Assembly (NCBI GenBank): GCA_964016885.1 | Contig: OZ024747.1 | Location: 52,390,001 to 52,454,000, forward strand | Direction of reading: 5' to 3' | Source of the DNA: Eledone cirrhosa | Lineage: Eukaryota | DNA length: 64,000 bases | Part shown: positions 34,827 through 49,800 of the stretch, piece by piece | How positions within the stretch are numbered: the first letter of the stretch is position 1 | How the letters are laid out: each line of letters starts with the position of its first letter | Made by a program: the position numbers and the translations under genes | The notes under the pieces: model-generated | Seen by the model: only the letters and a program-made list of their open reading frames with translations | Told to the model about the DNA's origin: nothing | The model's database searches: none

Positions 34827-37800
34827 CAGAGTAGAGTAAAACAGAGAGAGCCAGTACATAGAACAGAGTCGGTGTAGAGTAAAACAGAGAGAACCAGTAC
34901 ATAGGACAGAGTCGGTGTAGAGTAAAACAGAGAGAACCAGTACATAGAACAGAGTCGGTGTAGAGTAAAACAGAGAGAACCAGTACATAGGACAGAGTCA
35001 GAGTAGGGTAAAACAGAGAGAACCAGTACATAGGACAGTGTCGGTGTAGAGTAAAACAGAGAGAACCAGTACATAGAACAGAGTCGGTGTAGAGTAAAAC
35101 AGAGAGAACCAGTACATAGGACAGAGTCGGTGTAGAGTAAAACAGAGAGAGCCAGTACATAGAACAGAGTCGGTGTAGAGTAAAACAGAGAGAACCAGTA
35201 CATAGGACAGAGTCGGTGTAGAGTAAAACAGAGAGAACCAGTACATAGAACAGAGTCGGTGTAGAGTAAAACAGAGAGAACCAGTACATAGGACAGAGTC
35301 GGTGTAGAGTAAAACAGAGAGAACCAGTACATAGGACAGAGTCGGTGTAGAGTAAAACAGAGAGAACCAGTACATAGGACAGAGTCGGTGTAGAGTAAAA
35401 CAGAGAGAACCAGTACATAGGACAGTGTCGGTGTAGAGTAAAACAGAGAGAACCAGTACATAGAACAGAGTCGGTGTAGAGTAAAACAGAGAGAACCAGT
35501 ACATAGGACAGTGTCGGTGTAGAGTAAAACAGAGAGAACCAGTACATAGAACAGAGTCGGTGTAGAGTAAAACAGAGAGAACCAGTACATAGGACAGTGT
35601 CGGTGTAGAGTAAAACAGAGAGAACCAGTACATAGAACAGAGTCGGTGTAGAGTAAAACAGAGAGAACCAGTACATAGGACAGTGTCGGTGTAGAGTAAA
35701 ACAGAGAGAACCAGTACATAGAACAGAGTCGGTGTAGAGTAAAACAGAGAGAACCAGTACATAGGACAGAGTCGGTGTAGAGTAAAACAGAGAGAGCCAG
35801 TACATAGAACAGAGTCGGTGTAGAGTAAAACAGAGAGAACCAGTACATAGGACAGAGTCGGTGTAGAGTAAAACAGAGAGAGCCAGTACATAGAACAGAG
35901 TCGGTGTAGAGTAAAACAGAGAGAACCAGTACATAGGACAGAGTCGGTGTAGAGTAAAACAGAGAGAACCAGTACATAGGACAGAGTCGGTGTAGAGTAA
36001 AACAGAGAGAACCAGTACATAGGACAGAGTCGGTGTAGAGTAAAACAGAGAGAACCAGTACATAGGACAGAGTCGGTGTAGAGTAAAACAGAGAGAACCA
36101 GTACATAGGACAGAGTCGGTGTAGAGTAAAACAGAGAGAACCAGTACATAGGACAGAGTCGGTGTAGAGTAAAACAGAGAGAACCAGTACATAGGACAGA
36201 GTCGGTGTAGAGTAAAACAGAGAGAACCAGTACATAGGACAGAGTCGGTGTAGAGTAAAACAGAGAGAACCAGTACATAGGACAGAGTCGGTGTAGAGTA
36301 AAACAGAGAGAACCAGTACATAGGACAGAGTTGGTGTAGGGTAAAACAGAGAGAACCAGTACATAGGACAGAGTTGGTGTAGTGTAAAACAGAGAGAACC
36401 AGTACATAGGACAGAGTCGGTGTAGAGTAAAACATAGAGAACCAGTACATAGGACAGAGTTGATGTAGGGTAAAACAGAGAGAACCAGTACATAGGACAG
36501 AGTTGGTGTAGAGTAAAACAGAGAGAACCAGTACATAGGACAGTGTTGGTGTAGAGTAAAACAGAGAGAACCAGTACGTAGCACGGAGTCGGTGTAGAGT
36601 AAAACAGAGAGAACCAGTACGTAGCACAGAGTCGGTGTAGAGTAAAACAGAGAGAACCAGTACATAGGACAGAGTTGGTGTAGGGTAAAACAGAGAGAAC
36701 CAGTACATAGGAGGGAGTGGGTGTAGAGTAAAACAGAGAGAACCAGTACATAAGACAGAGTCACTGTAGAGTAAAACAGAGAGAACTAGTACATAGGACA
36801 GAGTCAGAGTAGAGTAAAACAGAGAGAACCAGTACATAGAACAGAGTCGGTGTAGAGTAAAACAGAGAGAACCAGTACATAGGACAGAGTCACTGTAGAG
36901 TAAAACAGAGAGAACTAGTACATAGGACAGAGTCAGAGTAGAATAAAACAGAGAGAACCAGTACATAGGACAGAGTCGGTGTAGAGTAAAACAGAGAGAA
37001 CCAGTACATAGGACAGAGTTGGTGTAGGGTAAAACAGAGAGAACCAGTACATAGGACGGAGTGGGTGTAGTGTAAAACAGAGAAAACCAGTACATAGGAC
37101 AGAGTCACTGTAGAGTAAAACAGAGAGAACTAGTACATAGGACAGAGTCAGAGTAGAGTAAAACAGAGAGAACCAGTACATAGGACAGAGTCGGTGTAGA
37201 GTAAAACAGAGAGAACCAGTACATAGGAGAGTCAGAGTAGAGTAAAACAGAGAGAACCAGTACATAGGACAGAGTCGGTGTAGAGTAAAACAGAGAGAAC
37301 CAGTACATAGGAGAGTCAGAGTAGAGTAAAACAGAGAGAACCAGTACATAGAACAGAGTCGGTGTAGAGTAAAACAGAGAACCAGTACATAGGACAGAGT
37401 CGGTGTAGAGTAAAACATAGAGAACCAGTACATAGGACAGAGTCGGTGTAGAGTAAAACAGAGAGAACCAGTACGTAGCACAGAGTCGGTGTAGAGTAAA
37501 ACAGAGAGAACCAGTACATAGGACAGTGTTGGTGTAGAGTAAAACAGAGAGAACCAGTACGTAGCACAGAGTCGGTGTAGAGTAAAACAGAGAGAACCAG
37601 TACGTAGCACAGAGTCGGTGTAGAGTAAAACAGAGAGAACCAGTACATAGGACAGAGTTGGTGTAGAGTAAAACAGAGAGAACCAGTACATAGGAGAGTC
37701 AGAGTAGAGTAAAACAGAGAGAACCAGTACATAGAACAGAGTCGGTGTAGAGTAAAACAGAGAACCAGTTCATAGGACAGTGTTGGTGTAGAGTAAAACA

Positions 37801-40800
37801 GAGAGAACCAGTACGTAGCACAGAGTCGGTGTAGAGTAAAACAGAGAGAACCAGTACGTAGCACAGAGTCGGTGTAGAGTAAAACAGAGAGAACCAGTAC
37901 GTAGCACAGAGTCGGTGTAGAGTAAAACAGAGAGAACCAGTACATAGGACAGAGTTGGTGTAGAGTAAAACAGAGAGAACCAGTACATAGGACAGAGTTG
38001 GTGTAGAGTAAAACAGAGAGAACCAGTACATAGGACAGAGTTGGTGTAGAGTAAAACAGAGAGAACCAGTACATAGGACAGAGTTGATGTAGAGTAAAAC
38101 AGAGAGAACCAGTACATAGGACATAGTTGGTGTAGAGTAAAACAGAGACAACCAGTACGTAGGACAGAGTTGGTGTAGAGCAAAACAGAGAGAACCAGTA
38201 CATAGGACAGAGTCACTGTAGAGTAAAACAGAGAGAACCAGTACATAGGACAGAGTCACTGTAGAGTAAAACAGAGAGAATCGGTACATAGGACAGAGTC
38301 AGAGTAGAGTAAAACAGAGAGAACCAGTACATAGAACAGCGTCGGTGTAGAGTAAAACAGAGAGAACCAGTACATAGGACAGAGTTGGTGCAGAGTAAAA
38401 CAGAGAGAACCAGTACATAGGACAGAGTTGGTGTAGGGTAAAACAGAGAGAACCAGTACATAAGACAGAGTCGGTGTAGAGTAAAACAGAGAGAACCAGT
38501 ACATAGGACAGAGTTGGTGCAGAGTAAAACAGAGAGAACCAGTACATAGGACAGAGTTGGTGTAGGGTAAAACAGAGAGAACCAGTACATAGGACAGAGT
38601 CACTGTAGAGTAAAAAAGAGAGAACTAGTACATAGGACAGAGTCAGAGTAGAGTAAAACAGAGAGAACCAGTACATAGAACAGAGTCGGTGTAGAGTAAA
38701 ACAGAGAGAACCAGTACATAGGACAGAGTCACTGTAGAGTAAAACAGAGAGAACTAGTACATAGGACAGAGTCAGAGTAGAGTAAAACAGAGAGAACCAG
38801 TACATAGGACAGAGTCGGTGTAGAGTAAAACAGAGAGAACCAGTACATAAGACAGAGTTGGTGTAGAGTAAAACAGAGAGAACCAGTTCATAGGACAGTG
38901 TTGGTGTAGAGTAAAACAGAGAGAACCAGTACGTAGCACAGAGTCGGTGTAGAGTAAAACAGAGAGAACCAGTACGTAGCACAGAGTCGGTGTAGAGTAA
39001 AACAGAGAGAACCAGTACATAGGACAGAGTTGGTGTAGGGTAAAACAGAGAGAACCAGTACATAGGACAGAGTGGGTGTAGAGTAAAACAGAGAGAACCA
39101 GTACATAGGACAGAGTCACTGTAGAGTAAAACAGAGAGAACCAGTACATAGGACAGAGTTGATGTAGGGTAAAACAGAGAGAACCAGTACATAGGACAGA
39201 GTTGGTGTACTGTAAAACAGAGAGAACCAGTACATAGGACAGAGTGGGTGTAGAGTAAAACAGAGAGAACCAGTACATAGGACAGAGTGGGTGTAGAGTA
39301 AAACAGAGAGAACCAGTACATAGGACAGAGTCAGTGTAGAGTAAAACAGAGAGAACCAGTACATAGGACAGAGTTGATGTAGAGTAAAACAGGGAGAACC
39401 AGTACATAGGACAGAGTTGGTGTAGAGTAAAACAGAGAGAACCAGTACATAGGACATAGTTGGTGTAGAGTAAAACAGAGACAACCAGTACATAGGACAG
39501 AGTTGGTGTAGAGTAAAACAGAGAGAACCAGTACATGGGACAGAGTCACTGTAGAGTAAAACAGAGAGAATCGGTACATAGGACAGAGTCAGAGTAGAGT
39601 AAAACAGAGAGAACCAGTACGTAGAACAGAGTCGGTGTAGAGTAAAACAGAGAACCAGTACATAAGACAGAGTCGGTGTAGAGTAAAACAGAGAGAACCA
39701 GTACATAGGACAGAGTTGGTGCAGAGTAAAACAGAGACAATCAGTACATAGGACAGAGTTGGTGTAGAGTAAAACAGAGAGAACCAGTACGTAGCACAGA
39801 GTCGGTGTAGAGTAAAACAGAGAGAACCAGAACATAGGACAGAGTTGGTGTAGGGCAAAACAGAGAGAACCAGTACATAGGACAGAGTTGGTGTAGAGTA
39901 AAACAGAGAGAACCAGTACATAGGACAGAGTCGGTGTAGAGTAAAAGATAGAGAACCAGTACATAGGACGCAGAGTTGGTGTAGAGTAAAACAGAGAGAA
40001 CCAGTACATACGACAGAGTTGGTGTAGAGTAAAACAGAGAGAACCAGTACATAGAACAGAGTCGGTGTAGAGTAAAACAGAGAACCAGTACATAGGACAG
40101 AGTCACTGTAGAGTAAAACAGAGAGAACTAGTACATAGGACAGAGTCACTGTAGAGTAAAACAGAGAGAACCAGTACATAGGACAGAGTCACTGTAGAGT
40201 AAAACAGAGAGAACTAGTACATAGGACAGAGTCAAAGTAGAGTAAAACAGAGAGAACCAGTACATAGGACAGAGTTGGTGTAGGGTAAAACAGAGAGAAC
40301 TAGTACATAGGACAGAGTTGGTGTAGTGTAAAACAGAGAGGACCAGTACATAGGACAGAGTCGGTGTAGAGTAAAACAGAGAGAACCAGTACATAGGACA
40401 GAGTTGATGTAGAGTAAAACAGAGAGAACCAGTACATAGGACAGAGTTGGTGTAGTGTAAAACAGAGAAAACCAGTACATAGGACAGAGTTGGTGTAGAG
40501 TAAAACAGAGAGAACCAGTACATAGGACATAGTTGGTGTAGAGTAAAACAGAGACAACCAGTACATAGGACAGAGTTGGTGTAGAGTAAAACAGAGAGAA
40601 CCAGTACATGGGACAGAGTCACTGTAGAGTAAAACAGAGAGAATCGGTACATAGGACAGAGTCAGAGTAGAGTAAAACAGAGAGAACCAGTACATAGAAC
40701 AGAGTCGGTGTAGAGTAAAACAGAGAACCAGTACATAAGACAGAGTTGGTGTAGGGCAAAACAGAGAGAACCAGTACATAGGACAGAGTTGGTGTAGAGT

Positions 40801-43800
40801 AAAACAGAGAGAACCAGAACATAGGACAGAGTTGGTGCAGAGTAAAACAGAGACAATCAGTACATAGGACAGAGTTGGTGTAGAGTAAAACAGAGAGAAC
40901 CAGTACATAGGACAGAGTTGGTGTAGAGTAAAACAGAGAGAACCAGTACGTAGCACAGAGTCGGTGTAGAGTAAAACAGAGAGAACCAGAACATAGGACA
41001 GAGTTGGTGTAGGGCAAAACAGAGAGAACCAGTACATAGGACAGAGTTGGTGTAGAGTAAAACAGAGAGAACCAGTACATAGGACAGAGTAGGTGTAGAG
41101 TAAAACAGAGAGAACCAGTACATAGGACAGAGTTGGTGCAGAGTAAAACAGAGACAATCAGTACATAGGACAGAGTTGGTGTAGAGTAAAACAGAGAGAA
41201 CCAGTACGTAGCACAGAGTCGGTGTAGAGTAAAACAGAGAGAACCAGAACATAGGACAGAGTTGGTGTAGGGCAAAACAGAGAGAACCAGTACATAGGAC
41301 AGAGTTGGTGTAGAGTAAAACAGAGAGAACCAGTACATAGGACAGAGTCGGTGTAGAGTAAAACAGAGAGAACCAGTACATAGGACAGAGTCGGTGTAGA
41401 GTAAAACAGAGAGAACCAGTACATAGGACAGTGTTGGTGTAGAGTAAAACAGAGAGAACCAGTACATAGGACAGAGTAGGTGTAGTGTAAAACAGAGAGA
41501 ACCAGTACATATGACAGAGTCGGTGTAGAGTAAAACAGAGAGAACCAGTACATAGAACAGAGTCGGTGTAGAGTAAAACAGAGAGAACCAGTACATAGAA
41601 CAGAGTAGGTGTAGAGTAAAACAGAGAGAACCAGTACATAGGAGAGAGTTGGTGTAGGGTAAAACAGAGAGAACCAGTACATAGGACAGAGTTGGTGTAG
41701 TGTAAAACAGAGAGAACCAGTACATAGGACAGAGTCGGTGTAGAGTAAAAGATAGAGAACCAGTACATAGGACGCAGAGTTGGTGTAGGGTAAAACAGAG
41801 AGAACCAGTACATACGACAGAGTTGGTGTAGAGTAAAACAGAGAGAACCAGTACATAGAACAGAGTCGGTGTAGAGTAAAACAGAGAACCAGTACATAGG
41901 ACAGAGTCACTGTAGAGTAAAACAGAGAGAACTAGTACATAGGACAGAGTCACTGTAGAGTAAAACAGAGAGAACCAGTACATAGGACAGAGGCACTGTA
42001 GAGTAAAACAGAGAGAACTAGTACATAGGACAGAGTCAGAGTAGAGTAAAACAGAGAGAACCAGTACATAGGACAGAGTTGGTGTAGGGTAAAACAGAGA
42101 GAACTAGTACATAGGACAGAGTTGGTGTAGTGTAAAACAGAGAGGACCAGTACGTAGGACAGAGTCGGTGTAGAGTAAAACATAGAGAACCAGTACATAG
42201 GACAGAGTTGATGTAGGGTAAAACAGGGAGAACCAGTACATAGGACAGAGTTGGTGTAGAGTAAAACAGAGAGAACCAGTACATAGGAGAGTCAGAGTAG
42301 AGTAAAACAGAGAGAACCAGTACATAGGACAGAGTCAGTGTAGAGTAAAACAGAGAGAACCAGTACATAGGACAGAGTTGGTGTAGAGTAAAACAGAGAG
42401 AACCAGTACATAGGACAGAGTTGGTGTAGTGTAAAACAGAGAAAACCAGTACATAGGACAGAGTCAGTGTAGAGTAAAACAGAGAGAACCAGTACATAGG
42501 ACAGAGTTGATGTAGAGTAAAACAGAGAGAACCAGTACATAGGACAGAGTTGGTGTAGAGTAAAACAGAGAGAACCAGTACATAGGACAGAGTTGGTGTA
42601 GAGTAAAACAGAGAGAACCAGTACATAGGACAGAGTCAGTGTAGAGTAAAACAGAGAGAACCAGTACATAGGACAGAGTTGGTGTAGAGTAAAACAGAGA
42701 GAACCAGTACATAGGAGAGTCAGAGTAGAGTAAAACAGAGACAACCAGTACATAGAACAGAGTCGGTGTAGAGTAAAACAGAGAACCAGTACATAGGACA
42801 GAGTCGGTGTAGAGTAAAACAGAGAGAACCAGTACATAGGACAGAGTCGGTGTAGAGTAAAACAGAGAGAACCAGTACATAGAACAGAGTCACTGTAGAG
42901 TAAAACAGAGAACCAGTACATAGGACAGAGTCGGTGTAGAGTAAAACAGAGAGAACCAGTACATAGGACAGAGTTGGTGTAGAGTAAAACAGAGAGAACC
43001 AGTACATAGGACAGAGATGGTGTAGTGTAAAACAGAGAAAACCAGTACATAGGACAGAGTCAGTGTAGAGTAAAACAGAGAGAACCAGTACATAGGACAG
43101 AGTTGATGTAGAGTAAAACAGAGAGAACCAGTACATAGGACAGAGTTGGTGTAGAGTAAAACAGAGAGAACCAGTACATAGGACATAGTTGGTGTAGAGT
43201 AAAACAGAGACAACCAGTACATAGGACAGAGTTGGTGTAGAGTAAAACAGAGAGAACCAGTACGTAGCACAGAGTCGCTGTAGAGTAAAACAGAGAGAAC
43301 CAGTACATAGGACAGTGTTGGTGTAGAGTAAAACAGAGAGAACCAGTACATAGGACAGAGTCACTGTAGAGTAAAACAGAGAGAACTAGTACATAGGACA
43401 GAGTCAGAGTAGAGTAAAACAGAGCGAGCCAGTACATAGAACAGAGTCGGTGTAGAGTAAAACAGAGAGAACCAATACATAGGACAGAGTCACTGTAGAG
43501 TAAAACAGAGAGAATCGGTACATAGGACAGAGTCAGAGTAGAGTAAAACAGAGAGAACCAGTACGTAGAACAGAGTCGGTGTAGAGTAAAACAGAGAACC
43601 AGTACATAAGACAGAGTCGGTGTAGAGTAAAACAGAGAGAACCAGTACATAGGACAGAGTTGGTGCAGAGTAAAACAGAGACAATCAGTACATAGGACAG
43701 AGTTGGTGTAGAGTAAAACAGAGAGAACCAGTACATAGGACAGAGTTGGTGTAGAGTAAAACAGAGAGAACCAGTACATAGGACAGAGTTGGTGTAGGGC

Positions 43801-46800
43801 AAAACAGAGAGAACCAGTACATAGGACAGAGTTGGTGTAGAGTAAAACAGAGAGAACCAGTACATAGGACAGAGTCGGTGTAGAGTAAAACAGAGAGAAC
43901 CAGTACATAGGACAGAGTCGGTGTAGAGTAAAACAGAGAGAACCAGTACATAGGACAGTGTTGGTGTAGAGTAAAACAGAGAGAACCAGTACATAGGACA
44001 GAGTAGGTGTAGTGTAAAACAGAGAGAACCAGTACATATGACAGAGTCGGTGTAGAGTAAAACAGAGAGAACCAGTACATAGAACAGAGTCGGTGTAGAG
44101 TAAAACAGAGAGAACCAGTACATAGAACAGAGTAGGTGTAGAGTAAAACAGAGAGAACCAGTACATAGGAGAGAGTTGGTGTAGGGTAAAACAGAGAGAA
44201 CCAGTACATAGGACAGAGTTGGTGTAGTGTAAAACAGAGAGAACCAGTACATAGGACAGAGTCGGTGTAGAGTAAAAGATAGAGAACCAGTACATAGGAC
44301 GGAGAGTTGGTGTAGGGTAAAACAGAGAGAACCAGTACATACGACAGAGTTGGTGTAGAGTAAAACAGAGAGAACCAGTACATAGAACAGAGTCGGTGTA
44401 GAGTAAAACAGAGAACCAGTACATAGGACAGAGTCACTGTAGAGTAAAACAGAGAGAACTAGTACATAGGACAGAGTCACTGTAGAGTAAAACAGAGAGA
44501 ACCAGTACATAGGACAGAGTCACTGTAGAGTAAAACAGAGAGAACTAGTACATAGGACAGAGTTGGTGTAGAGTAAAACAGAGAGAACCAGTACATAGGA
44601 CAGAGTCGGTGTAGAGTAAAACAGAGAGAACCAGTACATAGGACAGAGTCGGTGTAGAGTAAAACAGAGAGAACCAGTACATAGGACAGTGTTGGTGTAG
44701 AGTAAAACAGAGAGAACCAGTACATAGGACAGAGTAGGTGTAGTGTAAAACAGAGAGAACCAGTACATATGACAGAGTCGGTGTAGAGTAAAACAGAGAG
44801 AACCAGTACATAGAACAGAGTCGGTGTAGAGTAAAACAGAGAGAACCAGTACATAGAACAGAGTAGGTGTAGAGTAAAACAGAGAGAACCAGTACATAGG
44901 AGAGAGTTGGTGTAGGGTAAAACAGAGAGAACCAGTACATAGGACAGAGTTGGTGTAGTGTAAAACAGAGAGAACCAGTACATAGGACAGAGTCGGTGTA
45001 GAGTAAAAGATAGAGAACCAGTACATAGGACGCAGAGTTGGTGTAGGGTAAAACAGAGAGAACCAGTACATACGACAGAGTTGGTGTAGAGTAAAACAGA
45101 GAGAACCAGTACATAGAACAGAGTCGGTGTAGAGTAAAACAGAGAACCAGTACATAGGACAGAGTCACTGTAGAGTAAAACAGAGAGAACTAGTACATAG
45201 GACAGAGTCACTGTAGAGTAAAACAGAGAGAACCAGTACATAGGACAGAGGCACTGTAGAGTAAAACAGAGAGAACTAGTACATAGGACAGAGTCAGAGT
45301 AGAGTAAAACAGAGAGAACCAGTACATAGGACAGAGTTGGTGTAGGGTAAAACAGAGAGAACTAGTACATAGGACAGAGTTGGTGTAGTGTAAAACAGAG
45401 AGGACCAGTACGTAGGACAGAGTCGGTGTAGAGTAAAACATAGAGAACCAGTACATAGGACAGAGTTGATGTAGGGTAAAACAGGGAGAACCAGTACATA
45501 GGACAGAGTTGTTGTAGAGTAAAACAGAGAGAACCAGTACATAGGAGAGTCAGAGTAGAGTAAAACAGAGAGAACCAGTACATAGGACAGAGTCAGTGTA
45601 GAGTAAAACAGAGAGAACCAGTACATAGGACAGAGTTGGTGTAGAGTAAAACAGAGAGAACCAGTACATAGGACAGAGTTGGTGTAGTGTAAAACAGAGA
45701 AAACCAGTACATAGGACAGAGTCAGTGTAGAGTAAAACAGAGAGAACCAGTACATAGGACAGTGTTGGTGTAGAGTAAAACAGAGAGAACCAGTACATAG
45801 GACAGTGTTGGTGTAGAGTAAAACAGAGAGAACCAATACATAGGACAGAGTTGGTGTAGAGTAAAACAGAGAGAACCAGTACATAGGAGAGTCAAAGTAG
45901 AGTAAAACAGAGAGAACCAGTACGTAGCACAGAGTCGGTGTAGAGTAAAACAGAGAGAACCAGTACGTAGCACAGAGTCGGTGTAGAGTAAAACAGAGAG
46001 AACCAGTACATAGGACAGTGTTGGTGTAGAGTAAAACAGAGAGAACCAGTACATAGGACAGTGTTGGTGTAGAGTAAAACAGAGAGAACCAGTACGTAGC
46101 ACAGAGTCGCTGTAGAGTAAAACAGAGAGAACCAGTACATAGGACAGTGTTGGTGTAGAGTAAAACATAGAGAACCAGTACATAGGACAGAGTCACTGTA
46201 GAGTAAAACAGAGAGATCTAGTACATAGGACAGAGTCAGAGTAGAGTAAAACAGAGAGAACCAGTACGTAGCACAGAGTCGGTGTAGAGTAAAACAGAGA
46301 GAACCAGTACATAGGACAGAGTCGGTGTAGAGTAAAACATAGAGAACCAGTACATAGGACAGAGTTGATGTAGGGTAAAACAGAGAGAACCAGTACATAG
46401 GACAGAGTTGGTGTAGAGTAAAACAGAGAGAACCAGTACATAGGAGAGTCAGAGTAGAGTAAAACAGAGAGAACCAGTACATAGAACAGAGTCGGTGTAG
46501 AGTAAAACAGAGAACCAGTACATAGGACAGAGTCAGTGTAGAGTAAAACAGAGAGAACCAGTACATAGGACAGAGTTGGTGTAGAGTAAAACAGAGAGAA
46601 CCAGTACATAGGACAGAGTCGGTGTAGAGTAAAACAGAGAGAACCAGTACATAGGACAGTGTTGGTGTAGAGTAAAACAGAGAGAACCAGTACGTAGCAC
46701 AGAGTCGGTGTAGAGTAAAACAGAGAGAACCAGTACATAGGACAGTGTTGGTGTAGAGTAAAACAGAGAGAACCAGTACGTAGCACAGAGTCGGTGTAGA

Positions 46801-49800
46801 GTAAAACAGAGAGAACCAGTACGTAGCACAGAGTCGGTGTAGAGTAAAACAGAGAGAACCAGTACATAGGACAGTGTTGGTGTAGAGTAAAACAGAGAGA
46901 ACCAGTACATAGGACAGTGTTGGTGTAGAGTAAAACAGAGAGAACCAGTACGTAGCACAGAGTCGCTGTAGAGTAAAACAGAGAGAACCAGTACATAGGA
47001 CAGTGTTGGTGTAGAGTAAAACAGAGAGAACCAGTACATAGGACAGAGTAGGTGTAGAGTAAAACAGAGAGAACTAGTACATAGGACAGAGTCACTGTAG
47101 AGTAAAACAGAGAGAGCCAGTACATAGAACAGAGTCGGTGTAGAGTAAATCAGAGAGAACCAGTACATAGGACAGAGTCACTGTAGAGTAAAACAGAGAG
47201 AACTAGTACATAGGACAGAGTCAGAGTAGAGTAAAACAGAGAGAACCAGTACATAGGACAGAGTCGGTGTAGAGTAAAACAGAGAGAACCAGTACATAGG
47301 ACAGAGTTGGTGTAGGGTAAAACAGAGAGAACTAGTACATAGGACAGAGTTGGTGTAGTGTAAAACAGAGAGAACCAGTACATAGGACAGAGTCGGTGTA
47401 GAGTAAAACATAGAGAACCAGTACATAGGACAGAGTTGATGTAGGGTAAAACAGAGAGAACCAGTACATAGGACAGAGTTGGTGTAGAGTAAAACAGAGA
47501 GAACCAGTACATAGGAGAGTCAGAGTAGAGTAAAACAGAGAGAACCAGTACATAGAACAGAGTCGGTGTAGAGTAAAACAGAGAACCAGTACATAGGACA
47601 GAGTCAGTGTAGAGTAAAACAGAGAGAACCAGTACATAGGACAGAGTTGGTGTAGAGTAAAACAGAGAGAACCAGCACGTAGCACAGAGTCGGTGTAGAG
47701 TAAAACAGAGAGAACCAGTACATAGGACAGTGTTGGTGTAGAGTAAAACAGAGAGAACCAGTACATAGGACAGTGTTGGTGTAGAGTAAAACAGAGATAA
47801 CCAGCACGTAGCACAGAGTCGGTGTAGAGTAAAACAGAGAGAACCAGTACACAGGACAGTGTTGGTGTAGAGTAAAACAGAGAGAACCAGTACATAGGAC
47901 AGTGTTGGTGTAGAGTAAAACAGAGAGAACCAGTACATAGGACAGTGTTGGTGTAGAGTAAAACAGAGAGAACCAGTACGTAGCACAGAGTCGGTGTAGA
48001 ATAAAACAGAGAGAACCAGTACATAGGACAGTGTTGGTGTAGAGTAAAACAGAGAGAACCAGTACGTAGCACAGAGTCGGTGTAGAGTAAAACAGAGAGA
48101 ACCAGTACGTAGCAGAGTCGGTGTAGAGTAAAACAGAGAGAACCAGTACATAGGACAGTGTTGGTGTAGAGTAAAACAAAGAGAACCAGTACATAGGACA
48201 GTGTTGGTGTAGAGTAAAACAGAGAGAACCAGTACATAGCACAGTGTTGGTGTAGAGTAAAACAGAGAGAACCAGTACGTAGCACAGAGTCGGTGTAGAG
48301 TAAAACAGAGAGAACCAGTACGTAGCACAGAGTCGGTGTAGAGTAAAACAGAGAGAACCAGTACGTAGCACAGAGTCGGTGTAGAGTAAAACAGAGAGAA
48401 CCAGTACATAGGACAGAGTCGGTGTAGAGTAAAACAGAGAGAACCAGTACATAGGACAGAGTCACTGTAGAGTAAAACAGAGAGAACTAGTACATAGGAC
48501 AGAGTCAGAGTAGAGTAAAACAGAGAGAGCCAGTACATAGAACAGAGTCGGTGTAGAGTAAAACAGAGAGAACCAGTACATAGGACAGAGTCGGTGTAGA
48601 GTAAAACATAGAGAACCAGTACATAGGACAGAGTTGATGTAGGGTAAAACAGAGAGAACCAGTACATAGAACAGAGTTGGTGTAGAGTAAAACAGAGAGA
48701 ACCAGTACATAGGAGAGTCAGAGTAGAGTAAAACAGAGAGAACCAGTACATAGAACAGAGTCGGTGTAGAGTAAAACAGAGAACCAGTACATAGGACAGA
48801 GTCAGTGTAGAGTAAAACAGAGAGAACCAGTACATAGGACAGAGTTGGTGTAGAGTAAAACAGAGAGAACCAGTACATAGGACAGAGTCGGTGTAGAGTA
48901 AAACAGAGAGAACCAGTACATAGGACAGTGTTGGTGTAGAGTAAAACAGAGAGAACCAGTACATAGGACAGTGTTGGTGTAGAGTAAAACAGAGAGAACC
49001 AGTACATAGGACAGAGTAGGTGTAGTGTAAAACAGAGAACAGAGAGAACCAGTACATAGGACAGTGTTGGTGTAGAGTAAAACAGAGAGAACCAGTACGT
49101 AGCACAGAGTCGGTGTAGAGTAAAACAGAGAGAACCAGTACGTAGCACAGAGTCGGTGTAGAGTAAAACAGAGAGAACTAGTACATAGGACAGAGTCAGA
49201 GTAGAGTAAAACAGAGAGAACCAGTACATAGGACAGAGTTGGTGTAGAGTAAAACAGAGAGAACCAGTACATAGGACAGAGTCGGTGTAGAGTAAAACAG
49301 AGAGAACCAGTACATAGGACAGTGTTGGTGTAGAGTAAAACAGAGAGAACCAGTACGTAGCACAGAGTCGGTGTAGAGTAAAACAGAGAGAACCAGTACA
49401 TAGGACAGTGTTGGTGTAGAGTAAAACAGAGAGAACCAGTACGTAGCACAGAGTCGGTGTAGAGTAAAACAGAGAGAACCAGTACGTAGCACAGAGTCGG
49501 TGTAGAGTAAAACAGAGAGAACCAGTACATAGGACAGTGTTGGTGTAGAGTAAAACAGAGAGAACCAGTACATAGGACAGTGTTGGTGTAGAGTAAAACA
49601 GAGAGAACCAGTACGTAGCACAGAGTCGCTGTAGAGTAAAACAGAGAGAACCAGTACATAGGACAGTGTTGGTGTAGAGTAAAACAGAGAGAACCAGTAC
49701 ATAGGACAGAGTAGGTGTAGAGTAAAACAGAGAGAACTAGTACATAGGACAGAGTCACTGTAGAGTAAAACAGAGAGAGCCAGTACATAGAACAGAGTCG

